This document shows, in pieces, positions 56,020 through 64,000 of a stretch of DNA of 64,000 nucleotides (position 1 is the first letter of the stretch; every line of letters begins with the position of its first letter). Origin of the DNA: Candidatus Kapaibacterium sp. (GTDB lineage: Bacteria; Bacteroidota; Ignavibacteria; Kapaibacteriales; UBA2268). The notes under the pieces were generated by a model that saw only the letters and a program-made list of their open reading frames with translations, made no database searches and had not been told where the DNA came from. Where the stretch lies: assembly GCA_023957315.1 (NCBI GenBank), contig JAMLHE010000002.1:263750-327749 (forward strand). Direction: 5' to 3'. The translations under genes were made by a program, and so were the position numbers.

Positions 56020-58161
56020 ATGAAAAATTTTCTTAATTCCGCTTTCACTTTGAGTATTATATTCATTGCTTTTTTTGGGGTATCTGCTGAAACAAAAGGG
56101 CAGATACCCGATTATTTAACCCCGTTTAACGAAAACAAGCATATATGCACAGACGCTTGTGCTAAATATCATAATCACCTGAATTTCCAATCAGAAGATG
56201 AACCGACCACTTTGAATTACGATGTTCTGAGATATGATTTGTTTTTAGATTGGCGAGAACTATTGCTATTCGGCAAGAATGACAGCATTTTTTATACTGC
56301 AACCCAGACAATTCAACTGCAAATAACCGAAGACGACACCAAAACAATCGTATTAGATGCAGGCGATATGATTATTAATTCCGTTTTTATCGATGGAGTC
56401 TTGCTAACTGACAATGCTTTCCATTCATACATAAAGCTCGAAATCGAATTTCCGCAATCAAAAAACAAAAATGAAATCGTTGAAATTGTTATAAATTACG
56501 AAATTAATCGCAGTTACAGATATGGTATAGCTTTTTTCCAAAAAGGTGAAGTTCGATTCCAGGGACGTGATTATTTAGTCGAAGAAAATATAGCATATAC
56601 ATTCGGTCAACCCGAGATTTCAAGATATTGGATGCCGTGCAACGACAATCCAAACGATAAAGCCTTAACTTCGGTTGCTATCAAAGTACCCGAAGGATAT
56701 ACAGGATTATCAATCGGTTATCTGGATTCGCTCTATACTAATCCCGATTTGGATAATATTCATGGCGGATATTCGATTTATTACTACAAAAGCAATGAAC
56801 CTATTTCAACTTACTTAATGGTTGCCGTAGCTTCAAAATACAAACATTTCAGCGACGAATACATTAGAGTAACTAAACCTACTGAATCAGTTCCGATTGA
56901 TTATTACGTTTGGCAAGTTGACTACGATGGTGATTTTACCAAAGGAGATGCTCGCGATGCTAAGAAGTCGCTATTGCTAAATCCGGAAATGCTGAAGTTA
57001 TTTTCCGAACTTTTCATTGAATTTCCTTACGATAGTTACGGTATTGTTGCAATCGAGCCGGTCTGGTACGGTGGTATGGAACAACCAAACATGGTGACAA
57101 TAAACCGCAATTGGCTCAGAGGCATAGGGGAAATTGGCTTAGCTCACGAAGCAGCACACCAATGGATTGGCAATTTGATTACTTGCGCCACTTGGCAAGA
57201 TATTTGGATAAACGAGGGTGGAGCATCCTGGTGTGAGGCGCTTTGGTTAGAACATCGAAATGATGACCCATATGCATACAGATTTTTGATTAGCATTCAT
57301 GCGCGTAATTATCTGAACAACAAAACCGCTCATCATGTCACGCCATACGGAATTTCTACAGATTCGGTTTTTATTCACGCAGTAGTAATATATTCCAAAG
57401 CCGGATTTATATATAATATGCTTCATTATTATTTTGGACGCGAAAAATTCTTAGAATTCTTAAGAGTGGTAATGCACGATTATAGATTTGCTCCTATTTC
57501 TACAGCTGAATTTAGGGATGCTTTGATTAAATTTTCGCCCGATGATGAATCATTTATTATCAAATTTTTCGAACATTGGCTATATTCTCCCGGACATCCG
57601 GTTTTCAAGATTGATTACAATGTCAACGAAATTGGCGAAAGCGATTATGCAATAGACCTATCAATATCGCAGGTGCAAAATCCGGCTCATTTCCGAGATT
57701 ATTACATCTCTAAAGTTCCGCTTCTATTTTACAAAGATGGGCAACTACTAAAACGTCACGATTACCTACATCAACAGCGGCAAATGTTCGTTGGGGTAAA
57801 GACAGATTTTATTCCTGATTCGATTTCGATTGATTGGTCGGAATTGCTTTTTACTATAGACAAAGGGGGAGCAAGCTCAATTCGCACTGCCGGATTAAGC
57901 AAGGAACAAATTTCTGTATCTCCCAATCCGGTTGTAAGCGGTGGTATATTCAACTTGACATTCGATTTGCCGAACGCTGCCCAATCACGTATTTATCTCG
58001 TAGATGCTCTCGGGCGAGAAGTTTCGGAAATCCAATCGGGTATGCTCGATAGCGGAAATTACCAATTCAATATCCCGACAATAAATCTGCCCTCAGGAGC
58101 TTATACTGTGGTATTTGATTTTGATAGTAGGATTGTGGTTAATAGGGTCGTAGTTTTATAG
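56020..58161 (+). CDS. M1-family zinc aminopeptidase with T9SS C-terminal sorting domain
   Basis: HEAAHQW (HExxH) + WINEGGASW (downstream Glu), GGMEQ (GAMEN-like exopeptidase motif); C-terminal ...LPSGAYTVVFDFDSRIVVNRVVVL. Confidence 0.8.
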   Translation: MKNFLNSAFTLSIIFIAFFGVSAETKGQIPDYLTPFNENKHICTDACAKYHNHLNFQSEDEPTTLNYDVLRYDLFLDWRELLLFGKNDSIFYTATQTIQLQITEDDTKTIVLDAGDMIINSVFIDGVLLTDNAFHSYIKLEIEFPQSKNKNEIVEIVINYEINRSYRYGIAFFQKGEVRFQGRDYLVEENIAYTFGQPEISRYWMPCNDNPNDKALTSVAIKVPEGYTGLSIGYLDSLYTNPDLDNIHGGYSIYYYKSNEPISTYLMVAVASKYKHFSDEYIRVTKPTESVPIDYYVWQVDYDGDFTKGDARDAKKSLLLNPEMLKLFSELFIEFPYDSYGIVAIEPVWYGGMEQPNMVTINRNWLRGIGEIGLAHEAAHQWIGNLITCATWQDIWINEGGASWCEALWLEHRNDDPYAYRFLISIHARNYLNNKTAHHVTPYGISTDSVFIHAVVIYSKAGFIYNMLHYYFGREKFLEFLRVVMHDYRFAPISTAEFRDALIKFSPDDESFIIKFFEHWLYSPGHPVFKIDYNVNEIGESDYAIDLSISQVQNPAHFRDYYISKVPLLFYKDGQLLKRHDYLHQQRQMFVGVKTDFIPDSISIDWSELLFTIDKGGASSIRTAGLSKEQISVSPNPVVSGGIFNLTFDLPNAAQSRIYLVDALGREVSEIQSGMLDSGNYQFNIPTINLPSGAYTVVFDFDSRIVVNRVVVL

Positions 58162-58177
58162 ATAAGAAACTATACAA

Positions 58178-58218
58178 CAAAAAAAATAGCTACCCGATTG
58201 GAGTAGCTATTTTTTTTA
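58178..58218. terminator. bidirectional rho-independent terminator between aminopeptidase and rpsD
   Basis: A8-atagctacccgattggagtagctat-T8. Confidence 0.75.
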
Positions 58219-58230
58219 TTTTCATTAGTA

Positions 58231-58833
58231 TTATCTTGAGTAGTATTCGACAACAAGCGAAATTTCGCATTGAATTGGAATTTCTTCTCTTGCAGGAATG
58301 TAAGCCAATTTTGCAGAAAATTCGGCTTTCGAAACTTCGAGATATGCAGGCGAGCCTGAGTTTCTGATTGCTTCTTGGAAACAATCAAGGCTTCTGCTTT
58401 TTTCTTTAATCGAAACCACATCGCCCACTCTTACTTGGTAGGATGGCACATTTACTTTGCGACCATTGACCAAAACGTGTCCATGGACTACGTATTGCCT
58501 TGCAGCATAAGTTGAACGTGAGAAACCGGCTCTGTAAACTACTGCATCGAGTCTTGTTTCGAGTAACTGAACCAACAAGTCTGCTGTGTTTCCGGTCAAT
58601 TTTGTCGCCTTAGTATAATAAGCTGACATTTGGCTTTCGGAAATGTTATATTGCAGACGAATACGTTGCTTTTCGAGTAATTGCTTACCGTAGTCGGATT
58701 GTTTAGCGCGACGTTTTGTATTGCCGTGCTGTCCTGGTGGATAAGGCTTTTTGCCGGCAATTTTGCCTGCTTTGGGTGTCAGATTAATACCCAATTTACG
58801 GGAAATCTTTACTTTCGGACCATTATAATTCAT
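58231..58833 (-). CDS. rpsD: 30S ribosomal protein S4
   Basis: Conserved S4 N-terminus (MNYNGPKVKISRKLGINL...) and S4 RNA-binding domain. Confidence 0.95.
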   Translation of the reverse strand: MNYNGPKVKISRKLGINLTPKAGKIAGKKPYPPGQHGNTKRRAKQSDYGKQLLEKQRIRLQYNISESQMSAYYTKATKLTGNTADLLVQLLETRLDAVVYRAGFSRSTYAARQYVVHGHVLVNGRKVNVPSYQVRVGDVVSIKEKSRSLDCFQEAIRNSGSPAYLEVSKAEFSAKLAYIPAREEIPIQCEISLVVEYYSR

Positions 58834-59046
58834 TATTGCTCGCTAAAAATTTTATTACTTTCTTATAACATTATAAAATTAGAACTACAAATATAGCAGA
58901 TATTTTTCATTCAGCAAAAATATTTTTTCGTAACCTTCAATTTTTTCAAACGTGTAGTTATTACAGTTGTAGTATTTTGATACTTTGCAATTTTTATCGT
59001 TTCTATGTGTTATTAGTGTATGTTCAACATCATTTTAGGATTATTC

Positions 59047-60117
59047 ATGAAGTATATTAAGATTCTGCTTTTGATGAGTGCAGTGATTTGGTTAAGTTCT
59101 TGTACTGAGGAAAATGACCCGACCAATCCCAGTAGTCAGGTTAGTATCATATCAGTAAGTCCGGGGCAAGGCAATATTGGTGACGTGATTACTATTACAG
59201 GTAATAACTTTTCGAATATCAAATCCTCAAATCAAGTGTTTTTTGCGGGTGTAATTGCCTATCCTGATGAAGTTATTTTAGGAAATCCAATGAAATTGCA
59301 AGTGCGAGTTCCCCAAGGAGCAATGTCCGGCTTTATTACTGTCAGAACCGGTGGGAAAGAGGCACAAAGTCCTTCACAATTCACTGTACTTAATGAAATG
59401 ATCGGTAACCTATATCCGTTTTCGGGCGGTACATATTGGGTTTACAACTATTTCATGCTTGATTCATCTGATAATAGAGTCCAAGGGAGCAATCTCAAGG
59501 ACTCTCTTTTTATTTCCGGCACCACTAATTTTTTTGGCAAAGAAAGCTTCATAATTCAAAAATACAGCACAAACCCCGAGACATCGCAGTACGAAAAGAA
59601 GGACGACCAATATTTCTACACGGAAGATAATAAGCTCTATACTCACCCTAACTTTTTTGTTGACTTGCTGAATTTGAGCGGAACAGCTATCCAACTTCCA
59701 TTTTCTATGGATGAAAAATGGTATAAAATCAGCGACCGTACCCAAAACGAATGGGATATATTTGCCAAATTATTCAGCAACGAACCTATGACATTTGGTG
59801 CAACCGAAGGCACTGTTTCCGGCAACCTTACTATCAAAGGCAGTAATGACGGGACTGAACATATCACGGTTCCGGCAAAATCCGGCAATTCTTTCAAATT
59901 TAAAATGAAAATCAAATTCGATGGTAAAGTCAGCGTACCTTCAATTGGAATGAATAATTTAGACCTCAAACTTGATAGGGAAGTAGAATTTTATTATATG
60001 GCTGAAATTGGCAGAGTAATGATGAAAATGAAAGCTATGAAATTGTTTATTCCAAATGTAATTGATTCGAACATTCCAGGGTTTGAAACTGAATTATTGA
60101 CATATTTGATAAAATAA
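59047..60117 (+). CDS. lipoprotein with IPT/TIG domain
   Basis: Lipobox LSSCTE; IPT/TIG-like IISVSPGQGNIGDVITITGNNF. Confidence 0.5.
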   Translation: MKYIKILLLMSAVIWLSSCTEENDPTNPSSQVSIISVSPGQGNIGDVITITGNNFSNIKSSNQVFFAGVIAYPDEVILGNPMKLQVRVPQGAMSGFITVRTGGKEAQSPSQFTVLNEMIGNLYPFSGGTYWVYNYFMLDSSDNRVQGSNLKDSLFISGTTNFFGKESFIIQKYSTNPETSQYEKKDDQYFYTEDNKLYTHPNFFVDLLNLSGTAIQLPFSMDEKWYKISDRTQNEWDIFAKLFSNEPMTFGATEGTVSGNLTIKGSNDGTEHITVPAKSGNSFKFKMKIKFDGKVSVPSIGMNNLDLKLDREVEFYYMAEIGRVMMKMKAMKLFIPNVIDSNIPGFETELLTYLIK

Positions 60118-60186
60118 ATGAAAACTTTGTAACTTTTCATTCGTTTATGGTATATATACTATAGATAATAGCATAAAAAGGAAAAA

Positions 60187-61122
60187 ATGTTCGGTAAAGG
60201 AAAATATATTACAATAGCCATGATAGCACTTTTATTAGTACTATCATCATCTAAAATTATGTTTTCGACTAATTTTGCCGGCAAAGAATTATCCAAAGCC
60301 GATTTTTTCAAACCGATTGTCGAAATTCTAATCGAACGTGGGATTGATACTAATTTCCTAAATGAAATGATTTATGACACTCGGACTCAATTCGATGAAA
60401 AGTATGTCAAAATCAATGTCACCGGTTTTTTGACCAAAGCTGATTATAGCTCTCATTATAACAATCGTTCGGTTGGCAATACTGTCAAATTTCTCGGCGA
60501 GAATATGGCAACTCTCCAACTTGCAGAGATGCAATTTGGAGTACCCAAAGAAGTGATAGCGTCCATTTTGTGGATAGAAACCCGTCATGGCTCATATCTT
60601 GGCAACCACCATATCACAAGTGTGTATCTGAGTACTGCTATGTGCAATCAACCTGAATATATCGAATTGAATATCGAAAATATGAAAAGTACTTTCAAAG
60701 GTAGCGAGAAAGAATTTGAAGAACTAAAAACCAAAATTTTTGAACGTTCCGAAAGGAAAGCAAATTGGGCAATTGACCAATTAATCGCTATGGAAAAAGT
60801 CAACACGCTGCTTCCAAATCCGATTCTGGATATCAGAGGTTCATGGGCAGGGGCATTTGGTATCTCGCAGTTTTTGCCGAGCAGTTTCGTATCATGGGCA
60901 GTTGATGGCAATGGCGATGGTGTGATTGATTTGTTCAATACCGAAGATGCAATCTTTTCTGTAGCTAACTATCTCGTTGCTAACGGATGGGGAATTGAGC
61001 AAGAACAACGACGTGCCGCAGTTTTCCATTATAATAATTCGAGTGCGTATGTTGATGCAGTTTTGAAACTTGCTGATTTGGCGGCTTCCAAATTCGACGA
61101 TTCAGATTACTCCGGCGAATAA
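60187..61122 (+). CDS. lytic murein transglycosylase (MltB/SLT_2 family)
   Basis: GAFGISQFLPSSF...DGNGDG motifs of the MltB family. Confidence 0.75.
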   Translation: MFGKGKYITIAMIALLLVLSSSKIMFSTNFAGKELSKADFFKPIVEILIERGIDTNFLNEMIYDTRTQFDEKYVKINVTGFLTKADYSSHYNNRSVGNTVKFLGENMATLQLAEMQFGVPKEVIASILWIETRHGSYLGNHHITSVYLSTAMCNQPEYIELNIENMKSTFKGSEKEFEELKTKIFERSERKANWAIDQLIAMEKVNTLLPNPILDIRGSWAGAFGISQFLPSSFVSWAVDGNGDGVIDLFNTEDAIFSVANYLVANGWGIEQEQRRAAVFHYNNSSAYVDAVLKLADLAASKFDDSDYSGE

Positions 61123-62240
61123 GGCGAAAGCAACTTCTCAACGTACTCTGCAATAGCCAAACAGGCAGTCAATCCCGGCGATTCTATTCCAATTAAATTT
61201 ATAAATCCGGGCAAATTTTTGTCCTTCTCATCGCAAATCACAAAATCCCTGAAATCTTCACCACTTGCTTGAAGTTTTGGGCGAATTCCTGATTGGTCCG
61301 GCGACAAATCGCTAATTTCTAATGACGGCAAATATCTCACAACGCTTTTGTAAAATTTTTCGATTATTTCATCACTAACCTTGTAATCGCAATTCCTGTC
61401 GTTTAGATAGTGAATATCCGGACCGAATTTAACCGCTCCATCAAGGTCAATAGTGGCATGAATACCAACGCCTTCGTGCTTTTCCGTCGGAACGGGATAT
61501 ATCAAATGCTTAATCAATCCGGATTTTGAGTGATTGAGCCTGAAATAATGCCCTTTGCAATAGTGCAACGAATAATCTGACTTCTGAATATCAATTCCGG
61601 CTCGCGATGCAATTGTATCCGCATCGAGCCCTGCGGAATTAACTACAAATTTCGTGCTTACTTCAAAACTGTCTCCCTCACAATTCGCAACTACTGCATA
61701 TCCTTCATCGAGCTTGTGGATTTGCATTACTTCGTGATGAAAGGCAAAATCGCAGCCGTTTTTGATTGCTTCATTATACAGGCTTTTCATCAAACCGTGA
61801 GAATCAACAATTCCCGTTGATGGCGACCATAATGCAGCTACAGCAAATACATTGGGTTCGATTTCCTTAAAACTCTCTGAATTCATCATCTCCAAATCAT
61901 TTACACCATTTTTCTGAGCATTTTGAGCCAAAATTTCCAATTTACGAATCTCATTTTCATCATGAGCTACTATAAATTTCCCGAGTCGTTTGAAATTTAC
62001 ATTGTGATTTTGGCACCAATCATATAGCATCACTTTTCCGGCTACGCAAAGTTTGGCTTTGAGCGAACCGGGCTGATAGTAAATCCCTGCATGAATGACT
62101 TCGCTGTTCCGCGAGCTTGTTTCCTGCCCGAAACTGCTGTGGCGCTCGAGCACCAAAACGCTGTATCGCTCGGATAATCTTGCTGCGCAAGCCAATCCTA
62201 CGACACCTGCGCCAATTATTATGACATCATAATCAAGCAT
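61107..62240 (-). CDS. FAD-dependent oxidoreductase (L-2-hydroxyglutarate oxidase LhgO-like)
   Basis: N-terminal dinucleotide fold DVIIIGAGVVGLACA; overall LhgO/L2HGDH-like architecture. Confidence 0.6.
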   Translation of the reverse strand: MLDYDVIIIGAGVVGLACAARLSERYSVLVLERHSSFGQETSSRNSEVIHAGIYYQPGSLKAKLCVAGKVMLYDWCQNHNVNFKRLGKFIVAHDENEIRKLEILAQNAQKNGVNDLEMMNSESFKEIEPNVFAVAALWSPSTGIVDSHGLMKSLYNEAIKNGCDFAFHHEVMQIHKLDEGYAVVANCEGDSFEVSTKFVVNSAGLDADTIASRAGIDIQKSDYSLHYCKGHYFRLNHSKSGLIKHLIYPVPTEKHEGVGIHATIDLDGAVKFGPDIHYLNDRNCDYKVSDEIIEKFYKSVVRYLPSLEISDLSPDQSGIRPKLQASGEDFRDFVICDEKDKNLPGFINLIGIESPGLTACLAIAEYVEKLLSPYSPE

Positions 62241-62271
62241 AAAGAAGATTTTTCATAAATTATTCTTACCT

Positions 62272-63423
62272 TTGTTACAAATATTAATAATTTTTCGATA
62301 TAAAAGCAATTTGAACAAAAATAAATACGATACGGCGATAGTTTGCGGTTCTTACGGTCGGGGCGGTTTGGAGTTTAATACTGTCAAATTGGCATCAGAA
62401 CTCATCAAACGGGGCAATTCCATAGTGGTTTTCGCCAAAGCCGATACTTTTATCGCCCAACGGTGCCAAGATTTGGCGATTCCGTTGATGAATTTGCCCA
62501 AATACATGAAATATTTCGATTTTTATAATGCTTGGAGATTGGCTTTTAGGCTGAAGATGATTGCTTGTAAAAATATCATTACAAGTTTTCATCCCGATTT
62601 GAGCTTGCTTGCTAACACGAAGCTCATCAATCAGCAACTGAATTTGATTTACCAACAACAAATGCACATTGGTCGCCGAAAAAAGGATATTTTCCATCGG
62701 ATTCGCTATTCGCAAGTTGATTACTGGGTTTCGCCTTTGCAATTGCTTGCCGGTGACGTATTGCGACTAAGCACAGTTCGAGAAGACCAAATCCGAATAA
62801 TTCCGCTCGGAGTTGATACGGAAAAAATCAAGCCGCAAATCCCGCGAGAAGAGTATCGCAAAAAGTCTGGATTTGCCGATAATGATATTGTTTTTTGTAT
62901 CATCGGCAGAATTGACAGTCAAAAGGGACAACTGACTATTTTGAGGGCATTTGATAAAATTAAGCAGGAAAAGAACATCAAATTGCTAATTGTTGGTGAG
63001 AAAACTGTCGGAGAAGGCGAAGAATATTATAATCAGCTTTTGCAATTTATTGATGAGCAGAATCTGGGCGATAGAGTAACAATTACCGATTTTGAAAAAA
63101 ATGTCGGGAATGTGATGAATGCCGTTGATTGCTTTATTTTGGCATCGAGTTCAGAAGCCTACGGCATGGTGACTGTTGAAGCATTTTTGTCGAAATTACC
63201 CATAATCGCAAGTGCCAATGGCGGCACTCTCGAACTTACTCAAAATGGGCAATACGGCAGATTGTTCAAACCGCACGATGTCGAAGATTTGGCAGCGGCT
63301 ATGCAGGAGTTCGTGCAAGATAGAGCAGCCTTCATTTCCCGAGCCGATAAAGCGTATGATTATGCCAAATCGAGCTTCACTTTGGACCACGAATGCAAAG
63401 GCATTGAGAGTCTATTCAGATAA
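62272..63423 (+). CDS. glycosyltransferase family 4
   Basis: C-terminal GT-B domain with EAYGMVTVEAFLSKLPIIAS (E-x7-E-like GT4 motif); start codon uncertain. Confidence 0.7.
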   Translation: MLQILIIFRYKSNLNKNKYDTAIVCGSYGRGGLEFNTVKLASELIKRGNSIVVFAKADTFIAQRCQDLAIPLMNLPKYMKYFDFYNAWRLAFRLKMIACKNIITSFHPDLSLLANTKLINQQLNLIYQQQMHIGRRKKDIFHRIRYSQVDYWVSPLQLLAGDVLRLSTVREDQIRIIPLGVDTEKIKPQIPREEYRKKSGFADNDIVFCIIGRIDSQKGQLTILRAFDKIKQEKNIKLLIVGEKTVGEGEEYYNQLLQFIDEQNLGDRVTITDFEKNVGNVMNAVDCFILASSSEAYGMVTVEAFLSKLPIIASANGGTLELTQNGQYGRLFKPHDVEDLAAAMQEFVQDRAAFISRADKAYDYAKSSFTLDHECKGIESLFR

Positions 63424-63450
63424 AATATCTCCGCAAGAAATTCATTTCAA

Positions 63451-63951
63451 ATGAATTATGCAAAATATTCGTTTACATATAATTACAAAATGTTTAACGG
63501 ATATTTCATGAAAGATTTATATTCAGAAAAAAGTATGCACATCGGCTTACTCGTCGTAAGAGTGGGTATGGGTTTGGCAATGATTTTTCACGGTTATCCG
63601 AAACTTATGGGTGGCGCTGAAAAATGGGAAGCTATCGGCAGTTCCTTGAATTATTTGGGAATCACTTGGGGGCACAGCACTTTCGGGTTCTTGGCAGGTT
63701 TAATCGAAACACTCGGCGGTTTGCTTCTTATATTCGGACTTTTCCATTTGCCTGTGGTCTTCTTATTGTTGTCCACCATTCTCGTTGCCTTAATTTATAA
63801 AATCAATGTATCGGACGGATTTTTGGGCTTTGCTCATCCGCTCGAAGTTTCAATTATTTTCCTTGGATTGCTTATAACGGGTCCGGGAATTTATAGTATA
63901 GATAAAATTTGGAATAAAAATGATTCAAGAAATACAAATCTTAAACAATAA
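63451..63951 (+). CDS. DoxX family membrane protein
   Basis: 4 TM helices; DoxX-like sequence; true start probably internal (MKDLY.. or MHIGLL..). Confidence 0.6.
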   Translation: MNYAKYSFTYNYKMFNGYFMKDLYSEKSMHIGLLVVRVGMGLAMIFHGYPKLMGGAEKWEAIGSSLNYLGITWGHSTFGFLAGLIETLGGLLLIFGLFHLPVVFLLLSTILVALIYKINVSDGFLGFAHPLEVSIIFLGLLITGPGIYSIDKIWNKNDSRNTNLKQ

Positions 63952-64000
63952 ATCGGCTGCTCAACAGCCAAAATCAGTTGAAATCGCAGACAGTAACAAT

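Overview
This 64-kb window is chromosomal DNA from an FCB-group bacterium (Bacteroidota/Ignavibacteriota-like). The phylum call rests on several proteins ending in T9SS (Por) C-terminal sorting domains, an ECF sigma/anti-sigma/DUF4252 cassette, a Bacteroides-type sdhCAB operon and a TPP-riboswitch-controlled TonB receptor. Coding density is high, with roughly 55 CDS. Core genes include an Rrf2-nrfH-nrfA nitrite-ammonification locus, queG, uvrA, rpsD, ppa, tRNA-Pro(TGG), sdhCAB and an ABC/FtsX/AttH-like transporter cluster. Accessory content includes an EcoRV-like type II R-M operon preceded by a small RHH protein, an IS3-family element inserted into a lipoprotein gene, and an AT-rich 3.2-kb island carrying a very Cys-rich T9SS cargo protein and a BNR/Ycf48-like T9SS cargo protein. 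No canonical defence or phage module beyond the R-M system was found. The most unusual signals are non-coding or sub-genic: (1) a C10 homopolymer at codons 4-7 of the Cys-rich cargo gene with two out-of-frame start codons, a classic phase-variation arrangement; (2) a family of small hairpin modules with UUCG-type tetraloops that sit in two long intergenic regions and also in frame inside the C-terminal sorting-domain coding sequence of two paralogous T9SS cargo genes, including a perfect 32-bp palindrome inside a CDS; (3) a 200-bp array of ~21-bp direct repeats bracketed by a 12-bp inverted repeat in a 3' UTR; (4) five inactivating lesions within 210 bp at the nrfA 3' end while the rest of the window is clean; (5) a 430-bp hairpin and tandem-repeat-dense convergent intergenic region.
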